Source: a virus. From it: DNA of 64,000 bases. Below the pieces are notes generated by a model. That model worked only from the letters and a program-made list of their open reading frames with translations. It made no database searches and was not told where the DNA came from. The position numbers were made by a program, and so were the translations under genes. The stretch covers positions 1,771-65,770 of IMG/VR virus record IMGVR_UViG_3300028326_000183. One strand, given 5' to 3'. Positions 9,408 through 17,625 of this stretch are shown here, one piece after another. How positions within the stretch are numbered: position 1 is the stretch's first letter; the number at the start of each line of letters is the position of its first letter.

Positions 9408-10130
9408 TTAATGGCTGATTATATTCAGCCTTTTTTCAAGCATTTCAAAAGGCACCGCGTCTTCTGCAGCACCTTCAGGCTCTTCTTTCTTTGGTATTAA
9501 CTTTGACAGCATGGAGTTTGTTACAGCTGCTCTCGAAAACATCATTGCTTCCGGCGGCTCCATGCTCTGACCCGCATCAAACAGAATGTCGTCAGCGAAA
9601 CCCATCTCCTTTGCCTTTGATGCGTTGAGCCAGGTCTCTGCGTCCATGAGATGCGATATCTTTGCTCTGCTCATGCCGGTCTTTATCTCATATGCATTCA
9701 TGATGGATTCTTTTACTTCATCAAGCATGGCTATTGCTTTCTGCATTTCCGCTGAATCACCAATTGCTATTGTTGCCGGGTTATGGATCATCATCATAGC
9801 GACTGGGCTCATATATACATCTGTACCTGCCATTGCGATGACTGATGCTGCCGACGCTGCCAGGCTATCTATCTTGACAGTTACGTCATGCGGATAGTCC
9901 ATCAGCATGTTATATATCTGTGCTGCCGCAAACACATCGCCTCCGGGGCTGTTGATCCAGACAGTGATATTGCCATCCCCGCTTTCAAGTTCGTCCCGGA
10001 ACGTTTTCGGCGTTACTTCATCGCCGTACCATGTCTCATCAGATATCTGACCGTCAAGGTAAAGCGTCCTGTCAGATCCGAAAGCATCACCGTCTTCGTT
10101 CCTGATCCAATTCCAGAATTTATTCTTCAT
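9408..10130 (-). CDS. ClpP-type prohead protease
   Basis: INSPGGDV, IDSLAASAASVIAMAG, MMIHNP, MDAETWL. Confidence 0.95.
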   Translation of the reverse strand: MKNKFWNWIRNEDGDAFGSDRTLYLDGQISDETWYGDEVTPKTFRDELESGDGNITVWINSPGGDVFAAAQIYNMLMDYPHDVTVKIDSLAASAASVIAMAGTDVYMSPVAMMMIHNPATIAIGDSAEMQKAIAMLDEVKESIMNAYEIKTGMSRAKISHLMDAETWLNASKAKEMGFADDILFDAGQSMEPPEAMMFSRAAVTNSMLSKLIPKKEEPEGAAEDAVPFEMLEKRLNIISH

Positions 10131-11371
10131 TCTTTATCTCCTCCCGCCGCAAATATACCGGCGTCTTTTAATTTGGTCATATTGCCATTAACTAATACTA
10201 GGTCTCCGCCTTCTTCAGTCGGAATAGGATTCATGTCTTCAAGCTCCCTTATATCGTTTGCTGACATCCAGCCATTCTGCCTGGCTGTGGCATACCCGCT
10301 CATCCTGCTCTGGTAGTCGCCTCTCATTAGTCCGTCAACATTAAGCTTTATGAAATACTGCTGCTTTTCGCCCTTAGAAAAAAGCGCCCTCATCAGGCTC
10401 TGCTCCCATCTTATGACCCAGGGGTCAAGCGTGTACTTTACGAACTCAAGTGACTGCTGCTCTATATTTGAGAACGACGACTTCTCGAGATCTCCTATCA
10501 TGTGAGGCGGGATCCTGTAAAGCCTCGCTATCTCATCGATCTGGAACTTTCTCGTTTCAAGGAACTGCGCGTCTTCCGGCGCGATCCCTATCTGCTGATA
10601 TTTCATTCCTTCTTCTAAGACAGCGACCTTATGTGCATTACCAGACCCTTTATATACTTCGTTCCATGACTCCCGGACTTTTGCAGGGTCCTTTAGAATG
10701 CCTGGGTGCTCAAGCACGCCGCCGGGGTTCGCCCCATTTGCAAAGAAACTGGCCCCATATTCCTCGCAGGCTATCGTCATTCCGACAGCATTCTTAGCCA
10801 TTGCTATAGGCGAATATCCAACAAGCCCATCAAACCCCAGCCCCGGGATGTGAAGTACATCTTCTCTTCTTAGGATTACATTTCCATGCCTCTTAAAGTT
10901 TGGGTTCTCATCAGTGGTCCTTGTATAGATATAGAAGATCTCGCCGTTTTCATCACGGTCGACTTCCATTTTGTCGGGAAGCAGCGGATAGAGCGATGTA
11001 ACTCTTCCTGCACCGTCACGTATGATCTGCGCATAGGCGTTGCCCCAAATAAGGAGATGGCTCATTAGAGTTTCTCTGAATACGAATGAGGTCATCTCGG
11101 GATTAGGTTCGTCATGCAGTATGTGGTACAAAGGATGATCGTAAACCCGCTCCTTTGCGGTACCGTTATATCTATATATGTAAAGCGGAAGCGATGCTAT
11201 CGCCTCCGACAGGATCCTTACGCATGAATACACTGCCGTAGTCTGCATGGCGCTGTATTCCGTTACCTGCTTTCCGCTTGTAGTAGGTCCGAACAGATAT
11301 GTTCTGTCTGAACCCGTATAGAAATTCTTGGGCTCGTCTCTCGATTTAAACAGCCCCTTAAATGGATTCAT
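10127..11371 (-). CDS. Portal protein, HK97 family
   Basis: AVYSCVRILSEAIASLP, WGNAY, GFDGLVGYSP, QFLETRKFQIDEIARLYRIPP. Confidence 0.97.
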   Translation of the reverse strand: MNPFKGLFKSRDEPKNFYTGSDRTYLFGPTTSGKQVTEYSAMQTTAVYSCVRILSEAIASLPLYIYRYNGTAKERVYDHPLYHILHDEPNPEMTSFVFRETLMSHLLIWGNAYAQIIRDGAGRVTSLYPLLPDKMEVDRDENGEIFYIYTRTTDENPNFKRHGNVILRREDVLHIPGLGFDGLVGYSPIAMAKNAVGMTIACEEYGASFFANGANPGGVLEHPGILKDPAKVRESWNEVYKGSGNAHKVAVLEEGMKYQQIGIAPEDAQFLETRKFQIDEIARLYRIPPHMIGDLEKSSFSNIEQQSLEFVKYTLDPWVIRWEQSLMRALFSKGEKQQYFIKLNVDGLMRGDYQSRMSGYATARQNGWMSANDIRELEDMNPIPTEEGGDLVLVNGNMTKLKDAGIFAAGGDKE

Positions 11372-11396
11372 GTGATCGCGCTCCTTTCATTCCACG

Positions 11397-11422
11397 AAAA
11401 AAGCATCTCCGAAAAGATGCTT
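11397..11422 (-). terminator. Intrinsic terminator closing the 308-aa moron
   Basis: Minus strand AAGCATCT-TTTCGG-AGATGCTT followed by TTTT. Confidence 0.7.
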
Positions 11423-11532
11423 ATTTTACACGAATTGTTCTAATATTAATTATTTTTTATGATTTTTGCAGGCTTTACAGATGTCTCTCCAGTCTTTCTA
11501 TACTCATTTCTTAGACCTGAATATATATGCAT

Positions 11533-12459
11533 TTAACGTATTATTTTACTAACACCGACTTGCCTCAAGTCATAGTTGTTTGCCATATGGTCTTCAATAT
11601 ATTTCAGATCAGTTTCCCATGCGCATATTGCACTGGACATGTCAGCCGATTTTCTCTTTTTGTTTAGCATACAAAGCATTGATAATAATTCAATTACTTG
11701 ATTGGTAGTAACAAGTCCTCGTTCAATTAAAACTTCAAGCTTAAATTGGCGTTCATTTTTAGACAACCCATTTTTCGCTTCAACTGTATAACCATATCTA
11801 TGTACTATTGATTCCGGGTTTAACGAATTGAAATCACTATCATAGTATTCTTCACCTTTGTGATAAGTTGAATTGTCAATAATCGGGCAGTCAATAAAGC
11901 CACTATTATTCAATCTATTAAAAACATCTGTTGTCATAAAATATGTTTCGCATTTTCGACAATAATGCGCAACTGCCTTTTCATATCTCATTTGTCGGTT
12001 GGAATCTAATATTGGAACAATGATTCTTATATCCTCAGTATCATGATCACCACTAGAACATTTACTTCTGCCTTTCACTACAATATCATGTGCTGTAATA
12101 AAGTGATTACTTCTTCTGCTGTAACGTTCTCGATATAAAGTAAACTCATCTTCAAATACATAATTAACCTTTAGGATTGAATTGTTTGTGATATCGTAAA
12201 TGCAAACGTATAGTTTATCGTCCTTGTAAAATTTAATATTTGAATCAATTGATACTATCATGTTCGCTGGATGATCACGCCTAATTTTGCATTCTTTGTA
12301 CATCGGCCGTGCAAGCTTAAATGAATTGTTACGTTCAAATAGTACATATTTTAATTGCAATTGACATTCTTCATTTGCATTAATATCTAGCCTAATTGCA
12401 TTTTCTTCTTTAAGTCCATTTCTTAGTACCGTAATATCAACACTAAACTGCGAACACAT
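11533..12459 (-). CDS. Hypothetical protein (AT-rich moron) with a CxxC pair
   Basis: 308 aa, markedly AT-rich; HYCRKCETYF and ESIVHRYGY...W..DL motifs; no family confidently recognised. Confidence 0.8.
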   Translation of the reverse strand: MCSQFSVDITVLRNGLKEENAIRLDINANEECQLQLKYVLFERNNSFKLARPMYKECKIRRDHPANMIVSIDSNIKFYKDDKLYVCIYDITNNSILKVNYVFEDEFTLYRERYSRRSNHFITAHDIVVKGRSKCSSGDHDTEDIRIIVPILDSNRQMRYEKAVAHYCRKCETYFMTTDVFNRLNNSGFIDCPIIDNSTYHKGEEYYDSDFNSLNPESIVHRYGYTVEAKNGLSKNERQFKLEVLIERGLVTTNQVIELLSMLCMLNKKRKSADMSSAICAWETDLKYIEDHMANNYDLRQVGVSKIIR

Positions 12460-12498
12460 ATAATTATTCCTCTCGTGTAATAATATACTAGATGCTTA

Positions 12499-12658
12499 TT
12501 ATATCACAACTAGACCTCTTCCATCGTAGACAGATTCCGAAGTTTCATTCCCGCACCTTATGGCACGGTCGAGTGCCATGACTGTTGCAACAGCGCCATC
12601 GATTTTTTCAGTTGATTTTGCCTTATCCATTTTGATGTTCCCTACAGGATCCGTCCTT
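12499..12658 (-). pseudogene. Diverged duplicate of the last 160 bp of terL
   Basis: Translates RTDPVGNIKMDKAKSTEKIDGAVATVMALDRAIRCGNETSESVYDGRGLVVI*, versus the terL end RTDPAGNIKMDKAK...GNDTSESVYDDRGLVVI* (13833-13992). Confidence 0.95.
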
Positions 12659-12669
12659 TTGTTCCTATA

Positions 12670-13719
12670 TTAATTATTCTTTATATATCTGGTTGCACGT
12701 CCTGCCCCGATCTTTTTTATATGTCCTTCTTTTATCATGCGCCCTAGAACAGCTTCGACTGTCGTAGGACTTACATCAGGTAGGATTTTGCATATTTCAT
12801 TTTTCGATATAGGCGCAATACTTCCAAGGACCGTAGCCTCTATTCTGGCATTTTTTGTGATCTTCTTTCCATTTACAATGGCGAATCTCTTATCCAGTTC
12901 CTTATAGCACATGTATAGCGTCTGCAGGTAATTTACCATGAACGGTCCGTAGTCGTTTTGGTTCTCATACCATCCTCCTGATGACTGCTTCAACGCTTCA
13001 TAGTACTGCGGCTTGAATTTATTTATCTGCTCTTCGAATGATATATATTTGCCTACATCGTACCCGTTTTTATACATAAGAAGGAGTGAAAGGAGTCTTG
13101 ATATCCTTCCGTTTCCGTCTCTGAACGGATGTATGCAGAGAAAGTCCAGTATGACGCATGGGATTAGGAGTAACTGATTTACTCCTGCATCATCACGTGC
13201 TTCTTTATATGCTAATATGAACTGTTCCATTGCTGCTTCTGTTTCAGAAGCTGGTACAGGCCTGAAGCGCACCGAACGCGTTCCGCTGCTGTCTATTTCA
13301 AGTATGACGTTATCGTCTGTTTTGAATCTTCCACCGAACTCATATGATGTATATGACATCATGATTTCATGAAGCCTTAGTATAGTTGATTCACTAAGAT
13401 CCATATCATTATATCCAAGATGCACAGCATTTAATGCATCTCTGTATCCTGCTATCTCCTGCTCGTCATGGCTTAGAGGTGCGCTGCTTTCATTTACAAT
13501 AGCAGCAATCCTACTGTCACTTGTTACAATGCCTTCTATTTCATTTGAACTTTTTACTGACTGTACTTTCGCAACTTTTTCAAGTTCAGTGAATATCTCA
13601 CTGTAGCTGTCCTCGCGGGTATCGGACATTGTCCTAAGAGAATATATGCTTGCAGTTATCGATACAAGAGATGCCGGCAGCTTCCCATCTATCAAAAATG
13701 AATAATCGAATTTCTTCAT
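12670..13719 (-). CDS. Fic-domain protein with a probable C-terminal HTH
   Basis: Catalytic HPFRDGNGRISR; N-terminal SNEIEG inhibitory motif; C-terminal ISKNEICKILPDVSPTTVEAVLGRM...GRATRY. Confidence 0.93.
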   Translation of the reverse strand: MKKFDYSFLIDGKLPASLVSITASIYSLRTMSDTREDSYSEIFTELEKVAKVQSVKSSNEIEGIVTSDSRIAAIVNESSAPLSHDEQEIAGYRDALNAVHLGYNDMDLSESTILRLHEIMMSYTSYEFGGRFKTDDNVILEIDSSGTRSVRFRPVPASETEAAMEQFILAYKEARDDAGVNQLLLIPCVILDFLCIHPFRDGNGRISRLLSLLLMYKNGYDVGKYISFEEQINKFKPQYYEALKQSSGGWYENQNDYGPFMVNYLQTLYMCYKELDKRFAIVNGKKITKNARIEATVLGSIAPISKNEICKILPDVSPTTVEAVLGRMIKEGHIKKIGAGRATRYIKNN

Positions 13720-13731
13720 AATCTGCATCCT

Positions 13732-13830
13732 TTCTGCATATATTTATACCATTTTATATGCAGAAAAGCAAGATTATATGCATCAAATACGACTCTATCT
13801 GCATATATATTTGCATTTTATATGCAGATA
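13732..13830. promoter_or_regulatory. Tandem palindromic operators and promoter of the fic gene
   Basis: TCTGCATATA-N12-TATATGCAGA (13733-13764) and TCTGCATATA-N11-TATATGCAGA (13798-13828). The minus-strand TTGCTT-17-TATAAA promoter overlaps the first. Confidence 0.65.
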
Positions 13831-13832
13831 AT

Positions 13833-15434
13833 TTATATCACAACTAATCCTCTGTCATCATAGACAGATTCGGATGTATCATTCCCGCACCTTATAGCAC
13901 GGTCAAGCGCCATGACTGTTGCAACGGCACCATCAATCTTTTCTGTTGATTTTGCTTTATCCATTTTTATGTTCCCGGCAGGATCCGTCCTTATGAAGAT
14001 GTTATCCATCATCCATCGAAGAACAGGATGCCCGCCGTGCGCTATTCTCTTTTCAAGTGTCAGCTTCATCAGTTCTTTTGTCGGAGGAGACATTGAAGCA
14101 AAGCCCTGACCGAACGGTACGACCGCAAACCCCATACCCTCAAGATTCTGTACCATCTGTACCGCTCCCCAGCGGTCAAATGCAATTTCGCGGATGTTGA
14201 ACCGCTCGCCAAGGCTTTCTATGAATTTTTCAATGTAACCATAGTGAACTACGTTTCCTTCTGTCGTCTCCATAAACCCTTTCTTTATCCAGGTGTCATA
14301 TGGCACATGGTCACGCATTACCCTAAGATCCACATTATCTTCGGGTATCCAGAAATACGGGAGCACAATATATTTGTCCTCGTCGTTTTCCGGAGGGAAA
14401 ACAAGTACAAATGCTGTAATATCTGTAGTAGATGATAAGTCGAGACCTCCGTAACATATTCTGCCTTCAAGAGACTTCTCATCAACAGAAAACTCGCAGG
14501 CATCCCATTTATCCATTGGCATCCAGCGGACCGACTGCTTTACCCACTGATCGAGTCTTAGCTGCCTGAATGCATTCTCTTCTCCTGGGTTCTGCTTTGC
14601 TGATTCACATGCAGCTTCAACTTTATCTATCCCAATTGTAATGCCAAGAGAAGGATTGGCTTTCTTCCATACTTCCGGATCAGTCCAGTCGTCATTTACA
14701 TCAGCGCCATATATTACAGGGTAGAATGTAGGATCTACCTTTCTACCTTCCAGTATGTCCTTTGCTTTCTGATGCGTCTCATAACATATAGAATTGGTGT
14801 CGCTTCCAGCTGTAGTTATGAGGAAGTATAGAGGCTGCATCCTTGCATCTCCGGAGCCCTTTGTCATTACATCAAACAGTTTCCTGTTCGGCTGCGTGTG
14901 AAGTTCATCGAATACAACACCGTGAATATTGAAGCCGTGCTTGGAATATGCTTCTGCCGATAATACCTGATAGAAACTGTTCGTCGGCTGGTAAATTATC
15001 CGCTTCTGCGATGCCAGTATCTTGACCCTCTTTGCAAGCGCAGGACACATCTTTACCATGTCTGCTGCCACATCAAATACAATAGCAGCCTGCTGCCTGT
15101 CTGCAGCGCATCCATACACTTCAGCGCGCTGTTCATTATCCCCGCAGCAGAGGAGAAGCGCTACCGCCGCAGCAAGCTCACTCTTCCCATTTTTCTTACT
15201 GATCTCAATATATGCAGTGTTGAACTGCCTGTATCCATTAGGCTTTAGGATTCCAAAGATATCTCGCACGATTCTTTCCTGCCAGTCGATAAGCTCAAAC
15301 GGCTTTCCGGCCCAGGTTCCTTTGGTGTGACAGAGGCATTCTATAAAACCGACAGCATAATCGGCAGCATCTTCGTTATATGAAGATTTCTCTGCCATGA
15401 ACTTTGTCGGTCTATATTCCTTAAGCTTTCTCAA
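13833..15434 (-). CDS. terL: Terminase large subunit
   Basis: Walker A ISKKNGKS, Walker B FDELH, GGLDLS nuclease motif, KIDGAVA; TTG start. Confidence 0.97.
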   Translation of the reverse strand: MRKLKEYRPTKFMAEKSSYNEDAADYAVGFIECLCHTKGTWAGKPFELIDWQERIVRDIFGILKPNGYRQFNTAYIEISKKNGKSELAAAVALLLCCGDNEQRAEVYGCAADRQQAAIVFDVAADMVKMCPALAKRVKILASQKRIIYQPTNSFYQVLSAEAYSKHGFNIHGVVFDELHTQPNRKLFDVMTKGSGDARMQPLYFLITTAGSDTNSICYETHQKAKDILEGRKVDPTFYPVIYGADVNDDWTDPEVWKKANPSLGITIGIDKVEAACESAKQNPGEENAFRQLRLDQWVKQSVRWMPMDKWDACEFSVDEKSLEGRICYGGLDLSSTTDITAFVLVFPPENDEDKYIVLPYFWIPEDNVDLRVMRDHVPYDTWIKKGFMETTEGNVVHYGYIEKFIESLGERFNIREIAFDRWGAVQMVQNLEGMGFAVVPFGQGFASMSPPTKELMKLTLEKRIAHGGHPVLRWMMDNIFIRTDPAGNIKMDKAKSTEKIDGAVATVMALDRAIRCGNDTSESVYDDRGLVVI

Positions 15435-15446
15435 TCATTTCACCCC

Positions 15447-15471
15447 AATAAAAATAGCAGCCGCAGCTGCT
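15447..15471 (-). terminator. Probable terminator of the small-gene block upstream of terL
   Basis: AGCAGC-TGCG-GCTGCT followed by ATTTTTATT on the minus strand. Confidence 0.55.
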
Positions 15472-15509
15472 GCACGACCAAAAGAGCATCTTAGCTCTTC
15501 TGGCAATCT

Positions 15510-15734
15510 TTAGTTGTATTCTTTCATAAGTATCGCGAGCGCCGCTTTCGCTTCGTATGTCTCAGGCTTCATGTCCCAACCGCGATCGTAATTTGCGAGG
15601 AACTTACTTCCTTGTTTCAGTGTTAGCTTTGATATCCTGCCTTCATCTATCCCATAGACGCTGGACCCGTCATAGTATTTGACCGAGTAGTGGATGATGC
15701 AGCTTCCGATTTTCATTGCTCCTTCGCTGTGCAT
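15510..15734 (-). CDS. Small conserved phage hypothetical protein
   Basis: 74 aa, YGIDEGRISKL...NYDRGWD motif typical of these prophage blocks. Confidence 0.7.
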   Translation of the reverse strand: MHSEGAMKIGSCIIHYSVKYYDGSSVYGIDEGRISKLTLKQGSKFLANYDRGWDMKPETYEAKAALAILMKEYN

Positions 15735-15744
15735 GTCTTTCTCC

Positions 15745-16233
15745 TTATCTTTTCACCGTCGTCATGAACTCTGCGTCCTTGATTTCGTAGTTTTCGAATC
15801 CGCCTGCCTTAAGGTAATCTTCGACCTGCTTCTTTGCCTGGCTTGCGCTGCAGGTCATCACCATGAAGTCCTCTGTAACCGCCATCGGAAGCGATTCCGG
15901 CTCGACCGACTCTCCGCCAAAGTTTACTGTGACCTTGTAGCAGTGTCCTGTTTCTGCCGTGATTCCGAATGCCTTGTTAGCTTCTTCTTTCTCCTCCTGC
16001 GCTGCGAAGTAGTCGAAGTCTGAAATGGTAATCCCGAGGGCTCTCATCTTTGCGCCTTCAATTGTGATCTTTTCTATGCTTGCTGCGTATCCTGCTCCGC
16101 AGGTCTCCGCAGTGCTCCATGTAAGGCTTAAGATTTTCTCGGCTGCTTCTTTCTTCGCTTCTTCGAATCTTGCTGTTGCTTCGTAAAGCTGCTTCTGGAG
16201 TTCGTCTCTGTATTCTTTCATGTTCTCTGTCAT
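15745..16233 (-). CDS. Hypothetical protein
   Basis: 162 aa with RBS AAAGGA, directly downstream of the repeated promoter element. Confidence 0.75.
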   Translation of the reverse strand: MTENMKEYRDELQKQLYEATARFEEAKKEAAEKILSLTWSTAETCGAGYAASIEKITIEGAKMRALGITISDFDYFAAQEEKEEANKAFGITAETGHCYKVTVNFGGESVEPESLPMAVTEDFMVMTCSASQAKKQVEDYLKAGGFENYEIKDAEFMTTVKR

Positions 16234-16267
16234 TTTGGTTCCGTCCTTTCTCTTTGTTAATGTTCTC

Positions 16268-16313
16268 TTTTGGTATGTACATTAACGCTCTGAAAGGTAC
16301 ATATATCAAGCTA
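16268..16313 (-). repeat. Repeated promoter-like element, copy 1
   Basis: TTTTGGTATGTACATTAACGCTCTGAAAG (29 bp) identical to 17580-17608, followed by the shared ATATCAAGCTA; reads TTGATA...TAATGT on the minus strand. Confidence 0.8.
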
Positions 16314-16523
16314 TTTCAGAGTCTTTTTATGTATTTCTCTATCAATATACCAGCGTGCTTTTTCAAGGTCCTCGACGTATTTCCCCGGATCCTTTTTGCC
16401 GGCACGCGATATGTATTTCACGGCATTTCCAAGTGAGTAGCTGAGCCCTTTAGCTTCGATAAAATCGATTGTCTCTATTCCGCCATCACAGTAATGGTCA
16501 GGATGGTTTATGCTATCTCCCAT
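16311..16523 (-). CDS. DUF3310 / SaV-like protein
   Basis: INHPDHY, IETIDFI, GNAVKYISRAGKK, EDLEKARWY. Confidence 0.88.
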   Translation of the reverse strand: MGDSINHPDHYCDGGIETIDFIEAKGLSYSLGNAVKYISRAGKKDPGKYVEDLEKARWYIDREIHKKTLK

Positions 16524-16524
16524 A

Positions 16525-16704
16525 TCAGTCTGCCTCTCCGGTTATGATGAAGTTCACATATTCCTTACGGCTATCCTCGAGATAGTTCACGAGCTCATAT
16601 AGATTCATTTCGAAGGCAATGCGCTGCACTGCATTTGTATCAAACATATTCGTTCTGCCGGTATCTCTCACCTGCAGGATTTGCTCTTTCACTTTTTCAT
16701 TCAT
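16525..16704 (-). CDS. DUF5049-like small protein
   Basis: Below the ORF-track cut-off; hand translation MNEKVKEQILQVRDTGRTNMFDTNAVQRIAFEMNLYELVNYLEDSRKEYVNFIITGEAD* (59 aa). Confidence 0.8.
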   Translation of the reverse strand: MNEKVKEQILQVRDTGRTNMFDTNAVQRIAFEMNLYELVNYLEDSRKEYVNFIITGEAD

Positions 16705-16934
16705 TTCGTTTTCTCCTGTATGATTTTTATAACGTCTTCTCCCGGTATTACATTGAGGCTTGACCCATTATTCCAGGAAACCATTATGTCTCCAATATCA
16801 TCTATGCCTGTAATAGTTCCGGTTGTACCTGCTGGAGGCGCCTGCGGATCATTCATTGAAATAAGCTCAACCCTTGTTCCTGCAGGATACATGCTTCTTA
16901 ACGCAGAAACCATTTCTCTATTTGCTATCTTCAT
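16701..16934 (-). CDS. DUF4314-like protein
   Basis: YPAGTRVELISMNDPQAPPAGTTGTITGIDDIGDIMVSWNNGSSL. Confidence 0.85.
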   Translation of the reverse strand: MKIANREMVSALRSMYPAGTRVELISMNDPQAPPAGTTGTITGIDDIGDIMVSWNNGSSLNVIPGEDVIKIIQEKTK

Positions 16935-17565
16935 GTTTTGCTCCTCCCTTGAATGCGGATGAACCGCTGAGGTTCTTTAGAAGAATCTTCCTGTCTGCCT
17001 TGAACTCATCACCGATGAAGCCGAGCCTTAAAAGAAAACACCGGAATGCGTACTTTTCGTTTTCCACTTCATGGTCGCGTCCGGTGATTCTATTACTCTC
17101 TATTGCTACAGCTGCAAGTTTTGATATGAAATGCAGATATGCGTTTGACTCTTCAGGGCTTACGTCAGCTCTAAACCAAGGGAACGATACCTTCTCTCCT
17201 CCGACTTCGATCGGAAGGCTGCTGGCTCCTACGGCTTTCTTTATGAGGCTTTCCTTACTGTTTGTAAGGGCCTTAAGCTTTGCAATGTCATTCTCCTTAA
17301 ACATTGTTCTTGGAAGCTGCACCACCAGGCCGTCCACCTGACCCGTTTCCTTTGGAGTAAAGCCCCTTTCCATCAGACGCTCTGTAAGAAGCTCGAGCTT
17401 GCTGTTATCATCGCAGGAAATCGTGCCTTCCTTGTCTACTGTGTAGCTTCCGACCTTATATGCGCATGATGGCATTCCAAGGTAGCTGCTCTTTTCTCCT
17501 GTGATCTCGCTGATGCATTTAACCAGATCTTTTCTTTCTGTGCTTTCTTCGAATCTTATTTTCAT
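16918..17565 (-). CDS. Conserved phage protein often annotated 'virulence-related protein'
   Basis: YLGMPSCAYKVG, SKESLIKKAVG, VSFPWF, NEKYAFRCFLLRLGFIGDEFK...LLKNLSGSSAFK; RBS AAGGAGG before ATG 17565. Confidence 0.75.
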   Translation of the reverse strand: MKIRFEESTERKDLVKCISEITGEKSSYLGMPSCAYKVGSYTVDKEGTISCDDNSKLELLTERLMERGFTPKETGQVDGLVVQLPRTMFKENDIAKLKALTNSKESLIKKAVGASSLPIEVGGEKVSFPWFRADVSPEESNAYLHFISKLAAVAIESNRITGRDHEVENEKYAFRCFLLRLGFIGDEFKADRKILLKNLSGSSAFKGGAKHEDSK

Positions 17566-17579
17566 GTCTTGTACCTCCT

Positions 17580-17625
17580 TTTTGGTATGTACATTAACGC
17601 TCTGAAAGCACATAATATCAAGCTA
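17580..17625 (-). repeat. Repeated promoter-like element, copy 2
   Basis: Same 29-bp block as 16268-16296. Confidence 0.8.
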
